Part shown: piece by piece, positions 38,168 through 51,061 of the stretch
How positions within the stretch are numbered: the stretch's first letter is position 1
Layout of the letters: every line of letters starts with the position of its first letter
Assembly (NCBI GenBank): GCA_964016885.1
Contig: OZ024744.1
Location: forward strand, 122,636,001 to 122,700,000
DNA from: Eledone cirrhosa
Taxonomy: Eukaryota
DNA: 64,000 nucleotides
Direction of reading: 5' to 3'
Translations under genes and position numbers: made by a program
The notes under the pieces: model-generated
Database searches by the model: none
Told to the model about the DNA's origin: nothing
Seen by the model: the letters and a program-made list of their open reading frames with translations, nothing else

Positions 38168-38507
38168 CTATCTATCTATCTATATATATATATATATAAT
38201 TATACATATATCTATATCCAAAATTAAGATAATCAAGATTATGGGTGTCATGCCAGAAAGACATGCGCCATATCACCCGCAAAATAAGCTCTAAGATTCT
38301 AACGAATAGGTCCGAGCATTTTATAATAACTAGAAATTGATTAACATATATATAAACACACTTGTAAAAATTATCTCCTGTGATTATTCATGTTTATTTA
38401 TATGTTAATCAATTTCTAGTTATTATAATTATACATATATATATATATCTAAATATCTATATATATATTATATATATATATGTTTATGTATACACACATA
38501 TTATACA

Positions 38508-38565
<58 letters not shown>

Positions 38566-38721
38566 CATATATATACACTAAGACATTGACTTCCACACAG
38601 GGCTCTCCACCCTCACAAACATACTTTACTAGAAGAAAGCAAGGAAATATAGAAACATTGATGGTGAGGCTGCAATCTATAAGGTTGTCCCTTAAATGCA
38701 GGTGAGAGGTAGGGACAGATA

Positions 38722-39071
38722 TGTAACAAGACTTGCCTCACTTATCACCAGTAACGCTCTCTAGACAGGAAGTAGCTGGAGTTAGTTCCCGTTGAGGTGG
38801 CAGAGCCTTCTTTGTCACTTCTGTCCAGGGACCCCTATAAAGGAGAGAGCTCAGAGCTATCTCCCTCTCTTCTAACCTGAACATGGTAATGTAAAGACCA
38901 CTTGGTCTCTTGCGAGATGACTTCAAAACGGTAATACGACTAACTTTAATTCATTCTTTTCTCTCTCTTGGCATGTCAACTATTCTGCTCTACATAGCTC
39001 AACTTGTTAAATAAACATTGTACAAACAACCGAGTGTCTTGTTATATTCATACAACAGTCATCTTGTTATA
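38722..39071 (+). mobile_element. Solo LTR (350 bp, Gypsy-like)
   Basis: Inverted termini TGTAACAAGA...TCTTGTTATA, 4-bp TSD GATA on both sides, internal cctataaaa and AATAAA. Confidence 0.75.
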
Positions 39072-39269
39072 GATATATAAAACAAACAGACCGACCCCTT
39101 GATTTCTAAAGGAAACTGCTGCTGATGTTGCAATGCAACTTAGAAATAGGGCTTGGAAAAAGGGAACTAGTTGATAAAAATGGGTAGGTGGAACAAACAA
39201 GACAGGCTTATATATATATATATAATTTCAGCAAGATCGTATTTCGATGTATATATATGTATATATGTG

Positions 39270-39445
39270 ACACGGTAAAAAATCCACACTGTAAAAGTGG
39301 TTGGTGTTAGGAAGTTGTAAAAAAACTGTCAGAGACTCTTCCGTGCGAGCAAGACACGGTATCCTGACCATTCCCGCATCAAATGGAACAAAACCGTCTA
39401 ACCCATGCTAGCGTGGAAGATGGACATTAAACGATGATGATGATA
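39270..39445 (+). mobile_element. 3' fragment of the long-UTR RTE or a related SINE
   Basis: ccacactgtaaaagtggttggtgttaggaag...ggacattaaacga(tga)n. Confidence 0.7.
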
Positions 39446-39464
39446 TATATATATATACAAATAC

Positions 39465-39514
<50 letters not shown>

Positions 39515-39754
39515 CGTTTGTTATAGCTCTGGTTCATCTGAATCATTGAGCACTTGCCTCACATCTCGGAGGTTGATTTTCGTTATTTCGTGGGCCGAAA
39601 TGCGAATCTCGATAATTTATGTTTGTTTTTATATATATATACATACATATTATATTTGAAGTGCCCAGGATTCTTTTTCCTTTGAGCTCATAATTTACAG
39701 GGACTAACGTGCGTTTATGACTCCGTTAATTTATTTTGATATATATATATATAT

Positions 39755-40180
39755 ATGTTTCTATTTATTGCCACGAGGGCACAAAAGAAGGGGACAATAC
39801 AAAGGGGGGAGCCTACACAAAAGAATGAGTAAAGAAAACAAATAACAAATATGAAATTAACAATAAAGTCCTCAATAGGGAGGAGGCGTTTTGGGGGGTC
39901 GCACACACCCCCGAAAAAGTGTGCAACCCTTCTCCTCAGGAGCAGAGAGAGAGGGTGCTCCCTTGTTCTTCCATCTTTTTCTCCTACAGGCTGATATAGA
40001 GAGAAGGCTCATTCTCACGGGCTATTCTCGCCACTTTCACCCATCTTTGATAAAACTGGCTGGGGTGGAGCACCTCTCTCTCCATCCTGGTCCTTCTTCC
40101 AAAATGATATCGGAAGAAAAGGACCAGTTGTTGGCCAGAGAGAAAGGTGTCTGACCTCAGTCCTTTCAAACACGTCCACC
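39755..40180 (-). mobile_element. 5'-truncated L1/Tx1 LINE 3' end
   Basis: Nearly identical to 11610-12035. Confidence 0.88.
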
Positions 40181-40361
40181 ATGGAACGAAGGAATTGTGG
40201 TAAGGAACCAAATGGACCATAACGCACCAGAATACTCAATACTTTGGGTAATAGGAAAAGGTATGACACCGACAGCAGAGCTCAAGCCGTTTCGACGGCT
40301 ATTTCAGTCCAGAAAAAGCCGTCGAAACGGCTTGAGCTCTGCCATCGGGGTCATACATTTT

Positions 40362-40396
<35 letters not shown>

Positions 40397-40711
40397 GTCT
40401 ATACTTGTATATTATAATACTTATATGAAAAAAATGTGTGTGTATATATATATATATATTAAACACACACAGGAGTTGTCGGTTAGGGGTGGAAAAAGAT
40501 GGCGAAGATAAATAAAATCCTTTGATCTTTGTCTTCTCAACTTGAAATCTTTGAACAGCCGACAGCTAAGCAAATATTCGTGTATGTGTGTCTGTGATTG
40601 TGTATCTGTGTGTGTGCCTATGTTTGTATGTCTGTATATGAATGTGTTTGTGTGTCTGTATCTGTATTTGTTTATATCCGTGTTTGTCTTTGTATGTATG
40701 TGTTTGTACGC

Positions 40712-40756
<45 letters not shown>

Positions 40757-41149
40757 CACCCTCCCCCGTGCATGTTTTCACTTTCTGCGCTTTGGTGATC
40801 AAATATATATATGTATACCGATATACCAGTGATAGACAAAAAAGAAACATATTTATATATATATATACACAAATATACATATAGTATAGTGACATAACCC
40901 AGACACACACGTACACTCAGTTTGAGTAAACCACAATCAGCCAAGCTTCCAAGTCAAACAGGAATTTATAATTGCGAATATATACTTAGAATGTGAACCG
41001 CGTTGATCTCCCCACTGGCTCTCACCTACCATTTAATTATATATATATATATATTGTTATGCTTTGGGAGAGTCATGTTGCCAATAAGAAACACAATCGG
41101 TTTCAACACACGTTTTCAGATAAAGAATCTTGCTAAACAAATTCAGAAA

Positions 41150-41210
<61 letters not shown>

Positions 41211-41254
41211 TACAAATATTAATAAAATAGATGTTCTTTTGATCAATTAAATTT

Positions 41255-41302
41255 TATTATACATATTTCAGACGTACAACAGTACGTCCTCATCAGACAA
41301 AA
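41255..41302 (-). ncRNA. Hammerhead ribozyme motif with a degenerate stem I
   Basis: Minus strand reads CTGATGA g GACGTAC tgtt GTACGTC t GAAA tatgta. Confidence 0.6.
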
Positions 41303-41384
41303 TATAATGATACATGACATACCCTGAGATGTTAAATGGTTAAGATTTAATCAAGGTAGTCTTGACTACCTTGATTAAATACTT

Positions 41385-41443
<59 letters not shown>

Positions 41444-41716
41444 TATATTGTTATACCATAACCCAACCGAGTACTCGCTACGGTATGACTATATTAGAAT
41501 GAGTCGGGGCCAGACGGCTGAGCTCTTGCCATTTCAACAGCTAATTCTAGACAGAAAACGGCAAGAGTTTAGCCGTCTGGACCCGACTCTCTCTAATTTA
41601 ATAGAATTATATATTATATATATGATCGACTGAATACACTCAAGTTTTTTTCTCTCCTCATTTCCCCCGTCCCTTCCTCTTATCACTCTTTACTTTCTAT
41701 TTACTATTTCTAACTA

Positions 41717-41752
41717 TCTTCAGATGAAGGACTAGTGTCCGAAACGTTAAGA
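41717..41752 (+). ncRNA. Minimal type I hammerhead motif with a core point mutation (CAGATGA)
   Basis: TCTT cagatga a GGAC tagt GTCC GAAA CGTT AAGA. Confidence 0.7.
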
Positions 41753-41838
41753 CTATCTTCTGATATTTCAAGCGTTAAACTAATATAATTCTTCCATGTC
41801 GTGTGCTGTTTATTTTGTTATTACTTTTACACAGACAT

Positions 41839-41891
<53 letters not shown>

Positions 41892-42148
41892 TATGATTTG
41901 TAAAGATGATGCTCATGATGATACACGGTGCTTAAGCTATCGAAAATGCAACAGACCGAAACATCCCTGTTTACACAGCAGCCGTTTATTATTACCATAT
42001 ATACATATCGGCAGTCGATCGACTTTCGTCAGATCGGACCGAGTAATCAAAGTTTCCAATTGCTAATATATACATATACAGTTTTGTTATTTTCTAAAAA
42101 CATTTTTCAATTCCACCCCACCTTCAATCTATCTTATTTCTCATTCTT

Positions 42149-42184
42149 TCTTCTGATGAAGGACTAGCGTCCGAAACGTTAAGA
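42149..42184 (+). ncRNA. Minimal type I hammerhead ribozyme with an intact core
   Basis: TCTT CTGATGA a GGAC tagc GTCC GAAA CG TT AAGA: stem I TCTT/AAGA, stem II GGAC/GTCC, palindromic ACGT stem III. Confidence 0.82.
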
Positions 42185-42267
42185 CCCTCTTCCTGATATA
42201 TCAAGTGTTAACCTAATATATCCCTTCCATATACTGTACCGATTGTGTTGTTATTTCTGTTTACCTT

Positions 42268-43091
42268 TTACACATATATATATATATATATACATATGTG
42301 TATGTATATATACATATATACATATATATATATATACACATACATACATATATATATATATATACATACATATATATATACATACATACATACATACATA
42401 TATATATACATACATACATATATATACATACATACATATATATACATACATACATACATATACATACATATACATATACATACATACATATACATACATA
42501 CATACATATATATACATACATACATATATATACATACATACATATACATACATATACATACATACATACATATATATATATACATACATACATATATATA
42601 CATACATACATACATACATTTACATACATACATGCATATACATACATATATATACATACATGCATATATATATATATGTATGTACATACATACATACATA
42701 TACATACATGTATATATATATGTATATACATACATACATATACATACATGTATATATATATGTATATACATACATACATATACATACATGTATATATATA
42801 TGTATATACATACATACATACACATACATGTATATATATATGTATATACATACATACATGTATATATATGTATATACATACATATACACATACATACATA
42901 TACATGTATATATACATGTATATACATATATATACATACATACATACATACATACAATCATACATATACATGTATATATATATACATACATGTATATATA
43001 TACACATATATACATACATGTATATATATATACATACATGTATATATATACACATATATACATACATGTATATATATACATACATATATAT
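42268..43091. repeat. Long compound (TACA)n/(TA)n microsatellite
   Basis: Read directly from the sequence; it explains the overlapping Y/I/H/T ORFs. Confidence 0.97.
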
Positions 43092-43332
43092 ATGATGGCT
43101 GCCCCCTCGTTATCGAGTATGGCCATTGCACAAGAAAAAAAAATATATATACACATATACATATATATTAATAATAATAATAACGACAACAACAACAATA
43201 ATAATATACATATATATACACACACATAAACATATCTATACACACCCACGCACACACACGATAGCAATTAACAGCGCTGCGATCGAATGTGTATATACAT
43301 ATATATATATACATACACACATACATATATAT

Positions 43333-43371
<39 letters not shown>

Positions 43372-43376
43372 CATAT

Positions 43377-46300
43377 ATGATGGCTGCTCCCTCGTTATCG
43401 AGTATGGCCATTGCACGAGAAAAAAAACCCATAATAACAATAATAATAACAATAATAACGACAACAACAATAATAATAATATACATATATATATATACAC
43501 ATACGCGCACACACAAACATATCTACACACACACACGATAGCAACTAACAGCGCTGCGATCAAATGTGGCTTTTTAGCCCAGCCAATGATCTAAAATGTC
43601 TTGTACAGAGTCGGCAACCAAAACATTTACTGGGAATAGCCAGCTGTGGTTGGAGTTTGTGTACTTTTACATGTCGCTTGAGCCCTCCTGCTGATTTACA
43701 TTCTCTACCACATGTTTGGCAAGCATGATGAGTAGCATCTCCAACAGCAGCCTTGTAGTCAACCACTGGTCTTACTTTATGACTACGAAGATGACTTTCG
43801 AGTCCAGCTTTGCTTAGGCAGAGTCTCGCACAGACGCTGCATGTCAGCGCCATAGGAGGACCCTCGTCGTCTGGAAGTGCGACAGCATTGCCCTTCCTCA
43901 CATCCCGCTTTACTTTCTCGTATGCGATTCGAGATGCCACAAAGGCAACTTTTCCCTCATATACAGTCTTTCTCCATTTATTACGATCAGCAGCAATATT
44001 TCCCCATGTATCAGCAGAGATGTTAGCGTCTTTCCAAGAATCCTTATACCTCTTTTTTGGTTTATGTGGCGGTCATTTTCCTTTAACTAACTCTTCATAA
44101 AAGAGTTGTTTTGGTATTCTAGAATCCTTCATCCTGGCAAGGTGACCACTCCAACGGAGTCGTTGCTTTAGCACAAGAGCTTCTATACTATCACACAGAG
44201 AGCTTTCCAAAATCTCGACATCACTGATGTGGTCCCTCCAGTGAACACCATGGATCCGTCTGGGACACATCTGATGGAAACGCTCCAATTGCTTAAGGTG
44301 GTGTCGATATGTGACCCAGGTCTCTTGCATATGTCTCGCCGACTCCAGAGTCGCCTTTCTAGCTTTCTGAAAGCATCACTTGCTTTCCTAATCCTGTGGG
44401 ATTTCATTGGTGCTGGAATATCCCCCTGTTTGACTCCATTTTTTACTGAGATAGGCTCCAACATGTTACCTCCGCCCTTAACCCAAGCCTTCATGTCGTC
44501 GTGGAAAGACCTAACTAAAGCAAGGAACTTATCAGGGCAACCAAGTTTCTGGAGAACCTTCCATAATGCATTTCTGTTAACAGTATCGAAAGCTTTTGTC
44601 AGATCGACAAAAACCTGATACAGATCCAAACTTTGTTCCATGCACTTCTCCTGGAGCTGTCTAGCTGAGAAGATCATATCAGTAGTGCCGCGTCCAGCAC
44701 GAAAACCAGATTGACTTTCAGGAAGAACACGACCTGCAATGTGTGTCAGCAGACGGTCCAGAAGCACCCTACATAAAACTTTCCCTACGACAGAAAGCAA
44801 TGATATACCTCTGTAGTTCCCACAATCATTCCTGTTACCCTTTCCCTTGTACAAGACCACCATTACTGCATCTCTCCAGTCCTCAGGTACGGATTCATTA
44901 GCCCATATCCTGCCAAACAAAGAGTGAAGATGTTGCAGGAGTCTCTCACTATCATATTGTAGGAGCTCTGCATGTATGCCATCCATACCTGGAGACCTTC
45001 CACTGTTCAGCTTCGAAATAGCCACTGCAACCTCCACAAGCGTCGAAGGTTCTGCGAGAGCTACTTTCACAGGACTTTCTGGAATGAGATTGAGGAAATC
45101 TTCATTGACGACAGACGGCTGATTCAAAAGTGCATGAAAGTGCTCTCGCCACCTTCGTAGAATTCCTTGTGAGTCACGAAGAAGTTCTTTGCCATCCCTG
45201 CTGCGAAGCGGTGTCACCAGAGAAGAAGACGGTCTATAAACCTCACGCAAGAGACTGTACAACAGCTTTGTGTTATTGGAATCTGACGCAGTTTGTATCT
45301 CATCAGCCTTCTCACTCCACTACTGATCCTTCATCTGAGAAAGACTCCGCCTAACACGTGATTTCACATCCTTGAGTTCCTTATGCAACATATTCTTCTC
45401 CTGTGGTTTTGCCGTCAATTAGCGTGACAGAGCACGCCTCTTATCAGCCAACAAGTCTTCTATATGTTCATCATTCTCATTAAACCAGTCTTGATGCTTT
45501 CTTTGTACCAATCCTAGAACACGCCTGCCTACATCATAAACCAACTTTTTTAAGGGTCGGCCAATCCTCACCAAGATCTGCAACCTGCATCTCTTCTCGC
45601 ATTGTCCTCTTCACATTTTTATCCCTAAGACGAGCAGCATTCAATCTTCTGCGCAGGGCAACACCAGGAGCCTGGATTTTACGTTTAGTGATTAGTTTCA
45701 CTTTTGTGCGTACCAGGCGGTGATCCGTCCAGCACTCAGCTCCACGAAGAGCACGTACACACTGTACATCCCATCCCGTCTGTCACGCATCCTGACTAGG
45801 ACGTAGTCCAAAAGATGGCATTCCTTAGATGCAGGATGCATCCATGTAGTTTTAAATTTCTTTTGTCGGAACATGGTGTTGGTAACACAGATCCAGCTCC
45901 TCACACATCTGCAGCAGGAACATACCCTTGTTGTTACACTTTTCCACTCCATGCCTTCCGATTACATTCCATGTGTTAAAATCCCTACCCACTCTAGCAT
46001 TAAAGTCACCAAGCACGATGACTTTGTCTGCCTGATGGATATTTCTTAAAACACCTTTCAAGGCATGATAAAAGGACACTTTCTTCATCGACAGAATTCA
46101 TAGTTGGAGCATACACACTCACCAGGGTAGCATATCTTCCTTTGTCCAGCGGAACTCTCATGGACATAAGACGCTCACTAATCCCTACTGGGAATTCTTT
46201 TAATTTATTCACAAGAACAGTCTTAACAGCAAATGCTACCCCAGCCTCTCTTCTGGTTCCTTCATCTCTTCTTTTCCAGAAGAATGTATATTCTCCACAA

Positions 46301-46955
46301 AATTCTGTAAGATGACCATCTCCAGCTAACCTCGTCTCAGATAAAGCTACGATGTCAAGATCGTAACGTCGAAGCTCCTTTGCAACAAGAGCGGTCCTTC
46401 GTTCAGGACGCTCCAAGGAATCCCTGTCAAGCAGCGTCCGTACGTTCCAGCAGCCAAGAGTAAATGCCTTGTTTGGCTCTATTACAGTGGCACGATGACG
46501 AGCGGGCCCAGGCTGTGATAACCTGGGGCCCCTGCCCCTATTGCCAATTATCTGTTGTTCCAGAACCCTTATTGCCAATTATCTCTTTTATATTGTTTTG
46601 GAACATCATTGAATTGGGAAAAGAAAAAAAAAAGTAATAATAATAGTAACAATAATAATAATAATTAATTAATGCAATCGTGCAATGCCTGTGCGTGAAG
46701 AATATTTTTAAAGTGAGGAAAGACTGTGCACTGAGCCAATCCCACTCTCTGAGCGACAGTAGCTGTAACCCAAAAAGAAGTAAATATCAACATCATCAGT
46801 AACTACTGAACCGTAGGTTTTATATCGGAGTTATCCCAGTTTCCTGAGATGCTTTCTCCTAGAAGAATGCCCTGACAAGGGCTAGAGGTTCTTCACTCCC
46901 AGTGGTTTAACTGCGCGATCGGGTATCCAGCCCGACTATTTCTATGTCCCCGCGC
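43377..46955 (-). mobile_element. Decayed BovB-like RTE LINE with three C-terminal C2H2 zinc fingers
   Basis: APE motifs WNVRTL...RRTALVAKELRRY, ALSETRL and GDFNARVG; RT motifs NYRGISLL, FVDLTKAFD and GVKQG, followed by a deletion spanning YADD; fingers CSVC..HLRSH, CQTC..HVKVH and CRLC..SH; 5' UTR extends to about 46955. Confidence 0.9.
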
Positions 46956-47079
46956 ATAATAAAAAAACTCACTTATTGACACTCATACGTACGACATACA
47001 CACACCTACATACATACGCGCGCACGCACCCACACCCAAGCATACAAACAAATACACACGCTACTCACTAACACACACA

Positions 47080-47835
47080 TCTATATATATAAAACTGAGG
47101 TTGTCCGCCTGTCTACTAAAACAGTCGGCACACATCTCCTCCTAAACCATACGTTCTATTTTGGTGAAATTGCTACATTTATAGATGAAGGTCCGGCGGA
47201 GACATCGGTCAAAAAAATGTTCAAATCGAATTGGTAATGTTTTGATTTTTCAGTTCAAATGTATAAATAGAGATGAGAGATGAGTTATTTCCCTTTTATG
47301 ACTTCATTTGTTTATCTATTTATGTTACGAACAAAATACGCGAACAGTTTTCGGGCCAGCAAAATTTTAACCTGCAAAATTCATGAGTTCGAAGTTTCAA
47401 CATTAAGCTTCCATTTTGCTTCATTTCCATTAAAAAGTCTTTTAAAACAATATTTCAGCGCATCAGCCTCGCCATCACCCGAGGCAACGCTGCGAGTGTG
47501 CTGGCTTGCCTCAAAAATCATTAGAGAGGTTGCCCAGTACTCGCGAAGTTGCTGTCTTTTGTTCTGGTGTTGGCTCCGTTGTTCACCCCTTCCTTTACAT
47601 TTTCTTTAATATTGTAGCATTGAAGGAATATATCTTTCATTGTATCATCCTTTGTAGTGTTACCGAGGCATTTGTAATGTTATTTATGTATATATTTAAA
47701 AAATGTTATTCTCCTGTGAATTTATTTATATGCTCTGTTTATATTTTCATTCTGAAGGAATTGCAAACGATTTGTAATGTTTGTGCAACTATGAATGAAA
47801 TATTTTTACTTGAAAACAAGCCTATTTGAATACAC
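47080..47835 (+). mobile_element. Non-autonomous Helitron, 5' part, interrupted
   Basis: 5' end TCTATATATATAAAACTGAGG, colinear with 49254-50108. Confidence 0.75.
47456..47798 (+). mobile_element. 5'-truncated CRE-clade insertion with a 7-bp TSD
   Basis: Encodes QRISLAITRGNAASVLACLKNH* (CRE C-terminal motif). Flanked by aatattt at 47449-47455 and 47799-47805, and absent from the sister Helitron copy. Confidence 0.75.
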
Positions 47836-47940
47836 TACTACCCTAAAAAAATCTATGAAACTACATACATGTTGCAACTCTCTCTATATATATATCACAC
47901 ACACACACACACATATACATATGCATCTAAAGGGAGATGT

Positions 47941-47985
<45 letters not shown>

Positions 47986-48182
47986 GATAAGTCGTTATAC
48001 AGAGAGAGGTACAAGATAATCAGATAGAGAGACAGAGAGAATGGCGACGAACGCTGGTTCACACACACACAAACGCATATATATATATATATATATATAT
48101 AACGACAGAGAGAGAAAGAGAGAGATCTGCGCGTTCTTTATTGTTCTCCATTCTGTAGAGGAAGAGAGAGAGAGGGAGTATG

Positions 48183-48247
<65 letters not shown>

Positions 48248-48749
48248 TATGAGAAAAAAAGGGAGAGGGGTTGAGAAAGAAAGTTTAAGCAAAGAATCGC
48301 TGCTTTCAACATTAACGGGATCTTCTGAAACTAAAAAATTCAATCTGTGAACGCAGAAATAAATATTTCGAGAAACGTTGCAGCTGAAGGAAAACAGGAA
48401 GACGATACTTTGATTCGTGAACACGTTCCCTGGTAATGGACGGAAAAAAAGCGAGGATAATACGTCGTTATGTGGAGCGAGAAGAACAATTTCATGCAAA
48501 GACAAGACCAAGTTTATGGTGTAAATGGAGTCGTTAGACTAATATTCTATTTCCAGCCCCGGAGTTTAAGAATGATGTAAATAAAATTATAAACGAAAAT
48601 GACAGAGGTTATTAAAATAGTTGTTTCTACTTTTGGCACAATGCCAGCAATTACTGGTACTTTATTTTATCGATCCCGTAATGATGAAAGGCAAAGTTAA
48701 CCTCGATGGGATTTTAACTTTGCCTTAAAAGTAAATAGTGAAGATTTAG

Positions 48750-49249
48750 GACAGTACAAACGTATGCGCCGACGGACATACACATACATACGCACACACA
48801 AATACATACACACACACGCGTGCGTGCGTGTGTGTGTAAACCTTATGCATTTCTACAGTATTTTCACCAAACTTAAGACATAGGTTACTTATGTGCCCCG
48901 GATGGTCATAGGCACTTTCATTTTTCCAGATATTGATTATAGATCCTCCCGGCAGATAACCCCCTTTAACCACTTCCTTGCAGTCGATTGAAGCACTGCA
49001 GTGCAATGCAACAAAACGTCATAACTTCTGGAGTTCGCAACCGATTTTCACAAAACTTGACACATGGGCTACATTTGATCTACAGATGAATGTGAACTCT
49101 CAGAATTGGCACATATTGAGTAGGGGACCCCTGGGAGCAGGAACCCCCTTTTGTAAAAGTATAGTTTTCGAAGTAGCACTGAAGTATTAACATAAATGGT
49201 ATAGATAACTGCTATTTAATACCGGAGCAACGCCGGGTATTTCTGCTAG
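48750..49249 (+). mobile_element. Non-autonomous Helitron 3' part
   Basis: Ends with the hairpin region ccggagcaacgccggg and CTAG. Confidence 0.65.
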
Positions 49250-49253
49250 TATA

Positions 49254-50108
49254 TCTATATATATAAAACTGAGGTTGTTTGTGTATGTCTACTAAAACGG
49301 TCGGCACACATCTCCTCCTAAACCGTACGTTCAAATTTCGGTGAAATTGCTACACTTATAGATGAAGGTCCGGCGGAGACATCGGTAAAAAAAAAATTCA
49401 ACTCGACCCACGCGAAGTGCAAAAATCGAATTTGTAATGTATTGATTTTTCAGTTCAAATGTATAAATAGAGATGAGAGACGAGTTATTTCCCTTCTATG
49501 GTGTCATTCTGACGCGTGCAAAAGTACAAAAATACGCGAACTTTCGGGCCAGCAAAATTCATGAGTTCGAAATTTCAACATTAAGCTTCATTTCCATTAA
49601 AAAGTCTTTTAAAACAATATTTTTACTTGAAAACAAGCCTATTTGAATACACCGTAAAACAAGCAAATATTTTGTAAAAAAAGCATTGATCTCGAATAAA
49701 GCCTTATAAGATTTTCATTAAGAAGCAATGATTTTAAACGACAGACAGATAAAGCATTTTTTTTTTTTCATGTCCATCCAATTTCTTTGTTTCAAAATAA
49801 CTGATAGTTTGGTTACGCTGATGTTTTTCTCTGAGACAAGTGTTGCAGTGTTTACATTTTCGATTTTTGTTAATAGATTACTAGTGCAGTTTTAATCCCA
49901 ACATCCTCTTTTGTTTTAACATTCGAGTTATGGTTATGTTTTCTTAACTTCATAAGGCATACTGTTGGTTGAGGGAATATTAATCAAAAGTACCACATGA
50001 AAGTCTACAATGTAGTCTCTACAGTTTTTAAGCCAAGAAAGGAACGTAACATTGTAACTTTAACTCAGCTACTGAGCAGCCCCGAGCAGTGCCGGGCTTT
50101 ACTGCTAG
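49254..50108 (+). mobile_element. Complete non-autonomous Helitron
   Basis: 5' TC, 3' hairpin cccgagcagtgccggg and CTAG, inserted between A and T. Confidence 0.82.
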
Positions 50109-50627
50109 TATATATATATATTACCGTCATTACTGATACAAGATTACGTCAACTGTTGACTTTCGAAAGAGTTCGTATAGTTGAAGCCGTTCAGTATTAT
50201 TATAATTGCTTTACAGCATAGAGCTATGGCCCTCCACATTCTGAGCTCAAATCCCGCCAAGATCAACCTTGACTTTCATCCCCACGGAGTCAACAAAAGA
50301 GAGTACCAGTAATGCGCTGGAACAATCACTGGCTCCATGCCAAAGTTGAAAAATTATTATTATTAAAGTTGTTTTCTTAAGGCCTGGTCGCTGGTGATGG
50401 TGATGGCAGCGGTGGATGGTGGTGGTGGCAGTGGCAGTTGATGTGTGTGCGATTTTTTTTTTCTCTTTTCTTTTTTTGTGTGTTGTTTTTATCGTTTCAT
50501 GCCGCTGTTGTAAATGTTCATTTCAATTCATTCTGAAACTGTTGTTGCTGTAAATATTAGTGCCGGTGTTGTAGATGTTGGAGTTGAAATCTGCTCGTTT
50601 GACTGAGTGATGTATATACACACATAC

Positions 50628-50979
50628 ACATCATCATCATCATCATCATTTCATTTTACGTCGCTTTTTCCCTGCTTGCAAGGGTGGGACGGAAATTGAT
50701 TCTGGCTTGATTTCTACAGCTGGATGCCCTTCCTAACACCAACCTCATTTACAGTGAGTACTGGGTGCTTTTTTTGCCGTGGCACCTCCACGACCACTTT
50801 GCAGTGGAATGATAGTGACCCCAGTCCCTATCATCTCATTTCTACAGCTGAGTAAACTGGAGCAATGTGAAATAAAGTGTCTTGCTCAAGGAAACAACAC
50901 ATCACCCGGTCTGGGAATTGAACTCACAACCTTTCGATTGCAAGGCCAATGCTCTAACCACTAAGCCATGTGCCTCCAC
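50628..50979 (-). mobile_element. SINE family B (tRNA head, central domains, RTE tail)
   Basis: Head tggcttagtggttagagc...gagttcaattcc, block ccttgagcaagacacttt, Ceph-like block ggttggtgttaggaagggcatccagctgtagaaa, and a tail matching 20168-20220. Confidence 0.85.
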
Positions 50980-51061
50980 ATACATATATATATATATACA
51001 TACATATACACATACACATTCAACAGAGTAGAGAGTTTGACAATAGGTCAGTACATACATA

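Noticed and set aside
43560-43940. Host C2H2 zinc-finger gene
   Set aside because: Contiguous with the RTE LINE ORF and its 3' tail.
48290-48540. CpG-containing unique segment as a promoter or first exon
   Set aside because: Only a 33-codon ORF and no convincing splice donor or promoter motif.
50905-50979. tRNA genes (also near 52105-52178 and 63900-63971)
   Set aside because: These are tRNA-derived SINE heads continuing into SINE bodies; the cloverleaf is incomplete.
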